From contig CAVVHE010000004.1 of NCBI GenBank assembly GCA_963748015.1, positions 352,001 to 416,000 on the forward strand: a stretch of 64,000 nt of DNA. Direction: 5' to 3'. This stretch comes from Terriglobia bacterium (GTDB taxonomy: Bacteria; Acidobacteriota; Polarisedimenticolia; Polarisedimenticolales; JAIQFR01). The notes beneath the pieces are model-generated. The model made no database searches. It worked only from the letters and a program-made list of their open reading frames with translations, and had not been told where the DNA came from. Made by a program: the position numbers and the translations under genes. This document shows positions 9,622 through 21,297 of this stretch, piece by piece; positions within the stretch are counted from its first letter, which is position 1, and each line of letters opens with the position of its first letter.

Positions 9622-10509
9622 TCACCCCTTCCGCTGCCTCTGCCACATGTCCGCGGTGAAGATCGCGAGGGCGGTCCAGATGCAGCCGAAGGCGACGGCG
9701 TGGGGGCGGGTGAAGGGCTCGTCGTACAGGAACACGGCCATGAGGAAAGTCAGGCTCGGGGCGAGGTACTGGCAGAGGCCGATCACGGAGTAAGGGAGCT
9801 TCCGGGCCGCGCTGGCGAACCAGATCAGGGGCAGGGCGGTCACGGCCCCCGACAGGATCAGGAGCAAAGAGATCCTCGCGCCGCCGGCCAGGAACGTCCC
9901 GGCGTGCCGGGCACCCATCACCGCCAGGAAGCCCAGAGCGAGAGGGGCTAAGAGCGTGGTCTCGACCAGCAGCCCGCCCATCGAGTCCACGCGCACGGTC
10001 TTCCGCAGCAGGCCGTAGAACCCGAACGTGAAGGCCACGATGAGGGAGATCCACGGCGGCCGGCCGTAGCTCAGCGCGAGGTACAGCGTCCCGGTCGCGG
10101 CGAGCAGGACCGACACCGCCTGCAGCCGCGTCAGCCGCTCGCGCAGGAACGCCATCCCGAGGACGACGTTGACCAGCGGATTGATGTAGTAGCCGAGGCT
10201 CGTTTCGAGGATCCGGTCGTGGTTCACGCCGTAGATGAACGTGAACCAGTTCGTGGCGACGAGGGTCGCGCTCAGCGCCAGCGTGCCGAGCGTGCGGGGG
10301 GAGCGGAGCGCGCCGCGCACTCCTTCCCAGCTCCCGAGCAGCGAGATCAGCAGCGCGACGAGCGGGACCGACCAGACGACCCGGTGCGCCAGGATCTCGA
10401 GCGGCGGAACGGCGCGGACCGCCTTGAAGTAGAGCGGGACCATCCCCCAGAAGCCGTACGCCGCCAGGGCCAGCAGGATTCCCTTGCGGGTCTCGGCGCG
10501 GTCCGCCAC
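9622..10509 (-). CDS. rarD: EamA-family transporter RarD
   Basis: 'EILAHRVVWS', 'SLGYYINPLVNV', 'QYLAPSL'; about 10 TM. Confidence 0.92.
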   Translation of the reverse strand: MADRAETRKGILLALAAYGFWGMVPLYFKAVRAVPPLEILAHRVVWSVPLVALLISLLGSWEGVRGALRSPRTLGTLALSATLVATNWFTFIYGVNHDRILETSLGYYINPLVNVVLGMAFLRERLTRLQAVSVLLAATGTLYLALSYGRPPWISLIVAFTFGFYGLLRKTVRVDSMGGLLVETTLLAPLALGFLAVMGARHAGTFLAGGARISLLLILSGAVTALPLIWFASAARKLPYSVIGLCQYLAPSLTFLMAVFLYDEPFTRPHAVAFGCIWTALAIFTADMWQRQRKG

Positions 10510-10533
10510 GCTCGCGTCCTGTGGGGCCCCCGG

Positions 10534-13005
<2,472 letters not shown>

Positions 13006-13104
13006 GTCCGTCCTCTCGATGCGATCCTCGGATTGGGAACGGGACGGTATGCGTTCGGCCCCCGCCGCCCGCCCCCGGCCTATTCCAGGACAAAGAACCG
13101 GTGG

Positions 13105-13133
13105 TTTATAACAAAAAGGACCGGCCCTGTCTA
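13105..13133 (-). promoter_or_regulatory. Sigma70-type promoter of hppA
   Basis: TAGACA-N17-TATAAA with extended TG, in an AT-rich patch about 100 nt upstream of hppA. Confidence 0.65.
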
Positions 13134-13208
13134 GTTTGCGCCGCGGGGCTGTTTGCGCCGCGGGGCACGGGGGGCCGACGCTGGTATCCTCTCCCGCGGG
13201 AGGGCGCG

Positions 13209-14189
13209 ATGCGGAAGCGACGGCTGGGGAGGACCGGGTACGAGATCTCGGAGATCGGGTTCGGGGCCTGGGGGCTCGGCGGCTCGATGTGGCTCGGCGT
13301 CGAGGACGACGAGGGGAAGCGGGCCCTCCACCAGGCGCTCGACCTCGGCGTCGACTTCGTGGACACCGCCCTCGTGTACGGGGACGGGCACAGCGAGAAG
13401 CTGATCGCCGAGGTGCTCGAGGAACGGGGCGGGCGGGACCGCGTGACGCTGGCCACGAAGATCCCCCCGAAGGACTACGTCTGGCCGGGGAAGGGGACGA
13501 CGCCGCTCGAGGACACCTTCCCGGCCTCCTGGGTCGTGGAGTGCGTCGAGGAGTCCCTCCGGAACCTCGCCGTGGACGCCCTCGACGTCGAGCAGTTCCA
13601 CGTCTGGCACGACGCCTGGCTCGCCTCTCCCGCCTGGGAGAAGACCCGCGCCGCGATGGAGAGGCTCAAGAAAGAGGGGAAGGTTCGCCATTGGGGGGTC
13701 TCGATCAACGACCATGCCCCGGAGACCGCCCTCGGGCTCCTCGCCGACCCGCTCCTCGAGACGGCGCAGGCTATCTACAACATCTTCGATCGGTCGCCGG
13801 AGCGCAAGCTGTTCGCCCTCGCGAAGGAGAGAAACCTGGGGATCATCGTCCGGGTGCCGTTCGACGAGGGGGCGCTGACCGGCGCGGTCGGCCCCGACAC
13901 CGTGTTCCCGCCGCGCGACTGGCGGAACCGGTACTTCCGAGGGGAGCGGAAGGCGGAGGTGGCCAAGAAGGTGGAGGCGCTGTCGGGTCTCCTCGGGGAC
14001 GAGGCGAAGAGCCTCCCCGAGCTGGCGCTCCGGTTCGTACTGTCGCGTGCCGAGGTCTCGACGGTGATCCCCGGGATGCGGCGCCCCGCGCACGCCAAGG
14101 CGAACGCGGCGGTCTCGGACGGCCGGCCGCTCTCGCCGGACCTGCTGGCAGGGCTGGCGCCGCACGCTTGGGACAAGAACTGGTACTGA
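13209..14189 (+). CDS. Aldo/keto reductase
   Basis: 'LGRTGYEISEIGFGAW', 'DTALVYGDGHSE', 'ATK', 'STVIPG'. Confidence 0.93.
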   Translation: MRKRRLGRTGYEISEIGFGAWGLGGSMWLGVEDDEGKRALHQALDLGVDFVDTALVYGDGHSEKLIAEVLEERGGRDRVTLATKIPPKDYVWPGKGTTPLEDTFPASWVVECVEESLRNLAVDALDVEQFHVWHDAWLASPAWEKTRAAMERLKKEGKVRHWGVSINDHAPETALGLLADPLLETAQAIYNIFDRSPERKLFALAKERNLGIIVRVPFDEGALTGAVGPDTVFPPRDWRNRYFRGERKAEVAKKVEALSGLLGDEAKSLPELALRFVLSRAEVSTVIPGMRRPAHAKANAAVSDGRPLSPDLLAGLAPHAWDKNWY

Positions 14190-14219
14190 TTGACCTCGGC
14201 GATGCGGGCCGGTTAGCAT
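14190..14219 (+). promoter_or_regulatory. Candidate sigma70 promoter for the permease pair
   Basis: TTGACC-N18-TAGCAT directly after the AKR stop codon. Confidence 0.5.
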
Positions 14220-14264
14220 CGCGCGCCTCGGCCCGCAGGTCGGCCGCGGAGGGAGCGCCGGAGG

Positions 14265-15812
14265 ATGACAGGGGACGGAAAGCCCGTGGCGGCGCCCGCG
14301 CATCCCGAGACCCCCGCCTCCGGGTTCGTTCGCGAGCTGGGGCTGCTCGATTCCACCATGATCGTCGCCGGGTCCATGATCGGGTCGGGGATCTTCATCG
14401 TCTCGGCGGACATCTCCCGTCTCGTGGGCTCCGCCGGGTGGCTCCTCGTCGCCTGGGCCGTGACGGGGCTCCTGACCGTCGCCGCGGCCCTCTCCTACGG
14501 CGAGCTGGCCTCGATGATGCCGGAAGCCGGCGGGCAATACGTCTACCTCCGCGAGGCGTACTCGCCGATGTGGGGGTTCCTTTACGGCTGGGCGCTGTTC
14601 CTCGTGATCCAGACGGGGACGATCGCCGCGGTGGGCGTGGCGTTCGCCCGGTTCCTCGGGGTCCTGCTCCCGTCCGTCTCGCCCGATCTCTGGATCGTCC
14701 GCCCGGTCCATCTGTCCTCCGGCTATGCCGTCAGCCTGTCGTCTCAGCAGCTGGTCGGGATCCTGTCGATCCTGCTCCTCACCTGGACCAACACCCGCGG
14801 GATCCGCCTCGGGAAGCTGATCCAGAACTCGCTGACCGCCGTCAAGACGCTCTCGCTGGCCGCCGTGATCCTCGTCGGTTTCCTGGTCGGACGGAACGCC
14901 GAGGTGATCGCGGCGAACTTCCGCGACCTGTGGGGGACGGCCGCGGCCACGGCCTCGGTCCGGTCGGACCTCTCCTTCGTGCCGGCGGTCTCGGCGGCAG
15001 GGGGAGCGCTCGGGCTGCTCGTGGCGTTCTGCGTCGCCCAGGTCGGCTCGCTCTTCTCGTCGGACGCCTGGAACAACGTGGGGTTCGCCGCGGGAGAGGT
15101 GAAGGCGCCCCGGCGGACGATCCCGCTGGCGATGGCGCTCGGGACCGGCATCGTGACCCTGCTGTACTTCCTCGCGAACGTGTCGTACGTCTCGGTGCTG
15201 CCCCTCTCGGCGATCCAGCAAGCCCCCGACGACCGGGTCGGGACCGCGTTCCTCGGAATCCTGTTCGGGCCGTGGGGCGCGACCTTGATGGCCGGCGCGA
15301 TCGTGATCTCGACCTTCGGCTGCAACAACGGCCTGATCCTGGCCGGGGCGAGGGTGTACTACGCGATGGCGCGCGACCGGCTGTTCTTCCGGCCCGTCGG
15401 CCGCCTCAACGAGCGGCACGTTCCCGCGATGGGGCTCTGGTGGCAGGGGATCTGGGCCTCGCTCCTGATCCTGCCGCGCACCCGCCTGGGAGCGGGGCCG
15501 GAGGGCGCCGAGCGCTACGGCAACCTGTACGGGAACCTGCTCGACTACGTGGTCTTCGCGGTGCTGATCTTCTACGGCCTGACGCTGGTGGGCCTGTTCG
15601 TTCTGCGGCGCCGCCTGCCGGACGCGCCCCGTCCGTACCGGGCTTTCGGCTACCCGTTCGTGCCCGCGCTCTACCTCGCGGCGGCGGCCGTGATCCTGGC
15701 GGTGCTGCTGCTCTACCGGACCCAGACGACCTGGCCCGGCCTCGTGATCGTCGTCAGCGGCGTTCCGGTGTATTTCCTCTGGCGGCGGGCGCGGGCGGCC
15801 GCCGGCGCGTAG
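14265..15812 (+). CDS. APC-family amino acid permease (LAT-like)
   Basis: 'GSMIGSGIF', 'YGELASMMPEAGGQYVYL', 'RPYRAFGYP'. Confidence 0.92.
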   Translation: MTGDGKPVAAPAHPETPASGFVRELGLLDSTMIVAGSMIGSGIFIVSADISRLVGSAGWLLVAWAVTGLLTVAAALSYGELASMMPEAGGQYVYLREAYSPMWGFLYGWALFLVIQTGTIAAVGVAFARFLGVLLPSVSPDLWIVRPVHLSSGYAVSLSSQQLVGILSILLLTWTNTRGIRLGKLIQNSLTAVKTLSLAAVILVGFLVGRNAEVIAANFRDLWGTAAATASVRSDLSFVPAVSAAGGALGLLVAFCVAQVGSLFSSDAWNNVGFAAGEVKAPRRTIPLAMALGTGIVTLLYFLANVSYVSVLPLSAIQQAPDDRVGTAFLGILFGPWGATLMAGAIVISTFGCNNGLILAGARVYYAMARDRLFFRPVGRLNERHVPAMGLWWQGIWASLLILPRTRLGAGPEGAERYGNLYGNLLDYVVFAVLIFYGLTLVGLFVLRRRLPDAPRPYRAFGYPFVPALYLAAAAVILAVLLLYRTQTTWPGLVIVVSGVPVYFLWRRARAAAGA

Positions 15813-15861
15813 AATCCGGAACCGCCGCCCGCGACGGGCGCGAAATCGAAGGAGGGTCTCC

Positions 15862-17403
15862 GTGGCGCGTCAGATCTTCGCGAGGAAGCCCCTCGAGATG
15901 CTGCTCGAGGAGATGAAGGGCGAGAACCGGCTGCGGCGGATCCTGGGGCCCGTGCAGCTCTCGAGCCTCGGGATCGGCGCGATCATCGGCGCCGGGATCT
16001 TCGTCCTCACGGGGAAGGCGGCGCACGACAACGCCGGCCCCGCGCTGATCCTCTCGTTCGTGGTCTCGGGGATCGGCTGCATCTTCGCGGCGCTGTGCTA
16101 CGCGGAGTTCGCCTCGATGGTCCCCGTGGCCGGGTCGGCCTACACCTACGCCTACGCGACGATGGGCGAGCTGTTCGCCTGGATCATCGGGTGGGACCTG
16201 GTGCTTGAATACACGGTCGTTTCCGCCACGGTGGCCAACAGCTGGTCGCACTACTTCCAGGACTTCCTGTCGGTGTTCGGCATCAAGCTCCCACATGGCC
16301 TGGGGCTCAGTCCCTGGGACTACGACCAGACGGTCGGGAAGATCGTCTCCACGGGCTCGCACATCGATCTCCCCGCGATGATCATCACGGCGGTCATCAC
16401 CGCCGTCCTGGTCAAGGGGATCCGCGAGAGCGCCAGCTTCAACACCGCCATGGTCGCGGTCAAGCTCGCCGTGGTCCTCTTCGTCATCGTCGTCGGCTCG
16501 TTCTACGTCAACCCGGCCAACTGGCACCCGTTCGCGCCGTACGGCCTCACAGGGGTCAGCTTCTTCGGGAAGTCGGTGCTCGGCATGGCCGACCCTTCCG
16601 GGAAGCCCCTCGGGATGCTGGCCGGTGCCGCCTTCGTCTTCTTCGCCTACATCGGGTTCGACTCGGTCTCGACCCACGCCGAGGAGGCGCGGCGCCCGCA
16701 CCGGGACGTCCCGATCGGGATCGTCGCGTCGCTCCTCATCTGCACCGTCCTCTACATCGCGGTGGCCGCGGTCCTGACCGGGATGGTCCCTTACCAGGAG
16801 ATCAACATCAACTCGCCGGTCTCGAGCGCCTTCGGCTCGGTCGGCCTGCCGTGGGCCCAGGTCCTGATCGCGGTCGGAGCGCTGTTCGGCATCACGTCGG
16901 TGCTGCTCGTCATGATGCTCAGCCAGCCGCGGGTCCTGCTCGCGATCGCCCGCGACGGCCTGCTGCCGCAGAGCTTCTTCGGCGCCGTCCACGAGAAGTT
17001 CCGCACCCCCTGGAAGTCCACGATCCTGACCGGCGTCGTCGTCGCGGTGCTGGCCGGCTTCGTGCCGCTCCGGATCCTGGCCGAGCTGACCAACATCGGC
17101 ACCTTGCTCGCCTTCATGATGGTGTGCGCCGCCGTGCTGATCATGCGCGTCACGCACCCCCACGCCCATCGCCCGTTCCGCGCCCCGTTCTCGCCCCTCG
17201 TCCCGATCCTCGGGATCGCGATCTGCCTCCTGCTGATGTTCTCGCTCCCGGTCGAGAACTGGTGGCGCCTCGGCGTCTGGCTCCTCGGGGGACTCGTCAT
17301 CTACTTCGGCTACGGCAAGCGGCGCAGCGTCATGGCTCGCTTCCTCGCCAACGGCGGCGTCATGCCCGCCGTCCCCGCCGTCGATCCCCCGGAGTCCAGC
17401 TAG
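15862..17403 (+). CDS. APC-family amino acid permease (CAT-like)
   Basis: 'GIGAIIGAGIFV', 'CYAEFASMVPVAGSAYTY', 'FFAYIGFD', 'RDGLLP'; GTG start after GGAGG. Confidence 0.93.
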   Translation: MARQIFARKPLEMLLEEMKGENRLRRILGPVQLSSLGIGAIIGAGIFVLTGKAAHDNAGPALILSFVVSGIGCIFAALCYAEFASMVPVAGSAYTYAYATMGELFAWIIGWDLVLEYTVVSATVANSWSHYFQDFLSVFGIKLPHGLGLSPWDYDQTVGKIVSTGSHIDLPAMIITAVITAVLVKGIRESASFNTAMVAVKLAVVLFVIVVGSFYVNPANWHPFAPYGLTGVSFFGKSVLGMADPSGKPLGMLAGAAFVFFAYIGFDSVSTHAEEARRPHRDVPIGIVASLLICTVLYIAVAAVLTGMVPYQEININSPVSSAFGSVGLPWAQVLIAVGALFGITSVLLVMMLSQPRVLLAIARDGLLPQSFFGAVHEKFRTPWKSTILTGVVVAVLAGFVPLRILAELTNIGTLLAFMMVCAAVLIMRVTHPHAHRPFRAPFSPLVPILGIAICLLLMFSLPVENWWRLGVWLLGGLVIYFGYGKRRSVMARFLANGGVMPAVPAVDPPESS

Positions 17404-17453
17404 GAGCCCGCCTGCGCTTCCCGGCGGGCCTCGCGTCGCTCGCGCTACCGCCC

Positions 17454-17648
17454 GGCCGGGTCCGAGAGCGTCCTCGCCGGCCCGGAAAAGGGCCGTCTGC
17501 GGCGCTCTCGGACCCGGCCCCGTCGTGGTCAGCGATTGCGGCGTGCCGCAGGCAAACCAAGAGCCCGGCCGGGGGGAGCCCAGGGACGTCCGCAGACGGC
17601 CCTTTTCCGGGCCGGCGAGGAACGTCCCTGGGCTCCCCCCGGACGGGC
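17454..17648. repeat. Composite palindromic element: two inverted copies of a 32-nt core, each with its own perfect inverted arms
   Basis: Core TCCTCGCCGGCCCGGAAAAGGGCCGTCTGCGG at 17471-17502 and its exact reverse complement at 17590-17621. Arms are 17 bp (17454-17470/17503-17519) and 21 bp (17569-17589/17622-17642). Confidence 0.9.
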
Positions 17649-17710
17649 GTAGCTGGGCCCAAGGGATGATCGGCTCGGAAGGTTTACGGGGGGAGGGGAG
17701 GGAAGCCGGG

Positions 17711-17738
17711 CCCGGGGGCGCGGTGGCGCGCCCCCGGG
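17711..17738. terminator. GC-rich hairpin downstream of the exbD operon (possible terminator, no clear U-tract)
   Basis: 12-bp perfect stem CCCGGGGGCGCG/CGCGCCCCCGGG with a 4-nt loop, 21 nt past the exbD stop. Confidence 0.45.
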
Positions 17739-17759
17739 TTGGGTCGAGTTCTTAGGGGG

Positions 17760-18248
17760 TCAATCCAGGCCGGACGAGAGCTTTTCGTCGGTCACGATCG
17801 CCATCTTGAGCCCCTCGACGCCGCTCTTCGCGACGTCGAGAATCTGGATGATGCCCTCGTAGTTGAGCTTCTCCTGGGCCGCGACAAACACGATCCGACT
17901 GGACTGCTTCTTGTTCTTGAAGATCTCCTCGATCTTCGCCTTGAGGGCGTCCACCCGCACCGGCTCCTTGTTGAGCTTCACCGTGCAGCCCGGCGGGAGG
18001 CCGGCCGAGGTGATGGCGCCTGTAATCGGGCAATCCGCCTCGGAGATCGACATGATGATCTGCGTGTCGGAGGAGGGATCGGGCGGGAGGGGCGTGTTCG
18101 TCTCCCGCGGGATCTGCACGTCGTAGCCGCGCTGGGACAGCGGCGTCATCACCATGAAGATGATGAGCAAGACCAGCACGACGTCCACGAGGGGCGTCAC
18201 GTTGATGTCGGACTGAAGCCCCCCCTTGCCGCCAACTGCCATTCCCAT
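17760..18248 (-). CDS. exbD: ExbD/TolR family protein
   Basis: 'DINVTPLVDVVLVLLIIFMV' with conserved TM Asp. Confidence 0.92.
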   Translation of the reverse strand: MGMAVGGKGGLQSDINVTPLVDVVLVLLIIFMVMTPLSQRGYDVQIPRETNTPLPPDPSSDTQIIMSISEADCPITGAITSAGLPPGCTVKLNKEPVRVDALKAKIEEIFKNKKQSSRIVFVAAQEKLNYEGIIQILDVAKSGVEGLKMAIVTDEKLSSGLD

Positions 18249-18264
18249 GGTGTCACCGCTCCTG

Positions 18265-18675
18265 CTAGGCCTTCTGCCGTTTTTCCGTCACTAGGCCGAT
18301 GTTCGAGAAGCCGGCGTCCCGGATCTTCATCATGGTCTTCTTGACGTCGCCGTAGGTGAGGCGCGAGTCGGCCTTGATGACGACGCTGGCGTTCAGGTTC
18401 CTGTCGAACGCCTCCTTGATGGCCGCCGGGAAAGCCGCCTCCGTCATCTTCGCCTTGTCGATCCAGTACTCGTGCTTCTCCGAGACGACGACCATGATCT
18501 GGCTCTTGTCCTCGGCCTGCTTGTCGGGGTTGTCGGTCATGGGCAGCTTCACGGCCTGGCCCTTCTGGAGCATCGGGGTCACGACCATGAAGATGATCAA
18601 GAGGACCAGCACGACGTCCACGAGGGGCGTCACGTTGATCTCCGACTTTACGTCTGCGGCCTTAATGGGCCCCAT
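18265..18675 (-). CDS. exbD: ExbD/TolR family protein
   Basis: 'EINVTPLVDVVLVLLIIFMV', 'IKADSRLTYGDV'. Confidence 0.93.
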   Translation of the reverse strand: MGPIKAADVKSEINVTPLVDVVLVLLIIFMVVTPMLQKGQAVKLPMTDNPDKQAEDKSQIMVVVSEKHEYWIDKAKMTEAAFPAAIKEAFDRNLNASVVIKADSRLTYGDVKKTMMKIRDAGFSNIGLVTEKRQKA

Positions 18676-19345
18676 GAGACGCCCCGTGCTTCTTCAGGAA
18701 GAAGTCGAGCAGCTCCGCGGAGGAGTTCGACATCTCGATCTGGAAGCGCTCGAGCCGGTTGGTGAAGTAGTTGAACGCCATCACCGCGGGGATCGCGACG
18801 AGGAGGCCGAACGCGGTCGTGATCAGCGCCTCGGCGATGCCGGCGGAAACCGCGGCGAGACCGCCCGATCCGCTCGTCGCCATGCCGGTGAACGCGTTGA
18901 TGATGCCCATCACGGTGCCGAACAGGCCGATGAACGGGGCCGTGGAGCCGATCGTGGCCAGGCCGCCGAGCCCCTTCTTCATCTCCGCGGAGGTGATCGC
19001 GGTCTCACGCTCGAGAGCGCGCGTCACGGCGCCGACGACATCGAAGCTCGCTGCCGCGGCGAAATCCTGGTTCTGGAACTCGAGAAGCCCGGCCGAGACG
19101 ACCCTCGCGATGTGGGACTTGCCGAACTCCTTCGACTTGTCCACGGCACCCTGGAGGTTGTTCTCCTTCAGGCACTTCACGAGCGCCGGGAGGAACTCGA
19201 TCGACTGCTTCTTGGCGGCGCGGTAGGTCATGAACTTCTCGATCATGACGGCGATGGAGTAGACCGAGAGGATCAGGAGGAAGATGATCACCATCCTCGC
19301 CACCCAACCCGACTCGGCGAACATCTGGGTCAAGGACATGTTCAT
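18662..19345 (-). CDS. exbB: MotA/TolQ/ExbB proton channel protein
   Basis: 'LATIGSTAPFIGLFGTVMGI', 'GIAEALITTAFGL.VAIPA'; RBS AAGGAG. Confidence 0.93.
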   Translation of the reverse strand: MNMSLTQMFAESGWVARMVIIFLLILSVYSIAVMIEKFMTYRAAKKQSIEFLPALVKCLKENNLQGAVDKSKEFGKSHIARVVSAGLLEFQNQDFAAAASFDVVGAVTRALERETAITSAEMKKGLGGLATIGSTAPFIGLFGTVMGIINAFTGMATSGSGGLAAVSAGIAEALITTAFGLLVAIPAVMAFNYFTNRLERFQIEMSNSSAELLDFFLKKHGASHGAH

Positions 19346-19385
19346 GGGCTGACTCCTTGAAGAACTCGGCTCCTGCCGGCTTCGG

Positions 19386-20141
19386 TCAGTTGAGCGTAAA
19401 CTCGACCACAATGGAGAAATAGATCTTCACCGGACGACCGTTTTGCCGCGCCGGCTTGTACTTCCACTTCTTCACGGCCTGGATGGCGGACTCGTCGAGC
19501 ATGGGGTTCCCCTTGAGCACCGTCACCCCCTCGACGTCCCCCTCCTCGTTGATGATCGCCTGCAGCATGACCCGCCCCTGGATGCGCGCCTTCCGCGCCA
19601 TCTCCGGGTAGACCGGGTCCACCTTCAGGATTCGCTCGGGAGGATCCATGTCGGGCGCGAGCGGGACCGGCTCGGTCGCGCCGCCCTCGACGCCGCCGAG
19701 GACGCCGCCGATCGTGCCGCCGAGGACGCCGCCGACGACGCCGCCGATCACGCCGCCCTCGACGCCGCCCTCGACGCCGCCGTCGACGCCGCCGTCGACA
19801 CCGTCGGACTCGGGAGCCGAGGGAGCCTTCGGGACCTCTTTCGGCACGACGGTGGGCTGGACGATCTCATTGGGAGTGACGGGCTTGATCTCGACCGGCT
19901 TCACCGTCTGCGGGGTGGACCGCTTCGGCGGCGGAGGCGGGGGAGGAGGCGGCGGAGGCGGAGCGACGGCCCCCGTGAACGTGATCATCAGGTCGGGGTC
20001 CTGAACAGCCTCGACGATGATGTACGAGGCGCCGACGATCGCTCCGATCAGGAGCGCGTGCAGGCCGAAGGCGACCGGGAAGGCCCACGGGTTCTCTTTT
20101 TCGCCCTTGCCCTTCCGGCTTTCGATCATCGTGTCGAACAT
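19386..20141 (-). CDS. tonB: Energy transducer TonB
   Basis: N-terminal TM with His (FGLHALL), poly-Pro linker, TonB_C 'PVYPEMARKARIQGRV...WKYKPARQNG'. Confidence 0.92.
   Translation of the reverse strand: MFDTMIESRKGKGEKENPWAFPVAFGLHALLIGAIVGASYIIVEAVQDPDLMITFTGAVAPPPPPPPPPPPPKRSTPQTVKPVEIKPVTPNEIVQPTVVPKEVPKAPSAPESDGVDGGVDGGVEGGVEGGVIGGVVGGVLGGTIGGVLGGVEGGATEPVPLAPDMDPPERILKVDPVYPEMARKARIQGRVMLQAIINEEGDVEGVTVLKGNPMLDESAIQAVKKWKYKPARQNGRPVKIYFSIVVEFTLN
19680..19805 (-). repeat. 12-nt tandem repeat encoding (GGVx)n in TonB
   Basis: GVDGGVDGGVEGGVEGGVIGGVVGGVLGGTIGGVLGGVEGG, about 10 degenerate units. Confidence 0.85.
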
Positions 20142-20165
20142 GGGATTGCCCGCCCTTCCCGTGGC

Positions 20166-21008
20166 TCAGGCCGCCTTGGCGGCAGCGAGGTTCTTCTTCC
20201 GGGCTTCCCCGGCCCGCTTGGTGAACTCCTGCGATTTCTCCATGGCGGCCTGGAACGCGGCCTGATCGCCCGCGGCGCTCGCGAGTTTGGCCTTCTCCCG
20301 GTACAGGAGGTTGATGTAGACGAGCGACTCGAAGTAGTCCGGATCGAGCGAGATGGCCTTCTCGAGGGCCTTCATCCCGGTGGGAATGAGCAGGTCGATG
20401 CGCTCCTGATCGGCGACCAGCAGGCCGCCCTTGGAGGAGCGCTCCCAGCACAGCACGCCGATGGTGTACCAGGCTTCCTTGTTGGAGGGCTCGAGCTCGG
20501 CGCGCTTCGAGAACCACTTGAGCGCGTTCGGGAAGTCCGGCTTCTTGGCGTACAGGCCGGCCAGCTGGGCGGCGAACATCGCGTTGTTGGGCTCTTTCTT
20601 GACCAGCTCCTCGTAGAACGCGATCGCCTTGTCGGCCTGGTTTGCGGCCTGGAGCAGGCCGACGTAGAAGCCGCGGACCTTTTCCGCCGTCTCCGTGTCC
20701 GGGGCCTTCATCGCGAGGAGCTTCTCGAGGGCCACGGCGGCCTTATCGGCGTACTCGAGGTCCTTCGGATGGGTCGAGTTCGGGTGGTACATGGCCAGCA
20801 AGGAGACGGCAATCTGGTAGTTCGTCGTCCAGTCGTTCGGCGCGATCGAAAGCACCTTCTGATACAGGCCGATGGCTTCCTCGTACTTCTGACCCTTGTA
20901 GGCCTTGTTCGCCTCGTTCATGTAGTAGCGGAACCGGATGGAATCGCAGCCGGGAAGCGCGAGCGCTAGGGCGCCGAACATGAGGAATGAAACTAGTCTG
21001 CGGCTCAT
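20166..21008 (-). CDS. TPR-repeat lipoprotein
   Basis: Lipobox LPGC; TPR-like helices (EEAIGLYQKVLSIAP, KALEKAISLDPDY). Confidence 0.85.
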   Translation of the reverse strand: MSRRLVSFLMFGALALALPGCDSIRFRYYMNEANKAYKGQKYEEAIGLYQKVLSIAPNDWTTNYQIAVSLLAMYHPNSTHPKDLEYADKAAVALEKLLAMKAPDTETAEKVRGFYVGLLQAANQADKAIAFYEELVKKEPNNAMFAAQLAGLYAKKPDFPNALKWFSKRAELEPSNKEAWYTIGVLCWERSSKGGLLVADQERIDLLIPTGMKALEKAISLDPDYFESLVYINLLYREKAKLASAAGDQAAFQAAMEKSQEFTKRAGEARKKNLAAAKAA

Positions 21009-21297
21009 GGACGCTCCGTTGGGTCAGCGATGCGGCGTCGCCGGGTAATTCACCTCCCGCCGGGATTCTCGACTCGTCTCCGGCGGGCGGAAAGTTCTCG
21101 CTTCCGCGTTCGAGAACGGGTAACTAGCCCACGTCTCCAGCGTCATCCTCTACACGTAGAACTCGGGTCGCCTACCTCCTCCAAGATTCTAGCAGAATTA
21201 AAGCTACGGATGCCATGCGTGGGGACGAGGTCGTCGCGGAGGTGCGGAGTATTGTCAGCAGCGGCATTTCCGCCGCGAAACCGAGGGAATTCCACCC

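Noticed and set aside
13006..13100. Na+, Li+ or fluoride riboswitch in the hppA leader
   Set aside because: I could not match the conserved nucleotides of those motifs; an Rfam scan would be needed to exclude it fully.
17551..17558. GGCAAACC resembling the start of a c-di-GMP-I riboswitch
   Set aside because: The GAAA tetraloop stem and GCAAAGC receptor do not follow, and the site lies between convergent genes. The GGACGCAAAGC near 7768 is the tRNA -35 on the other strand.
19680..19805. Tandem 12-nt repeats as a CRISPR or contingency locus
   Set aside because: They are in-frame degenerate coding repeats of the TonB GGVx linker, with no spacers or cas genes.
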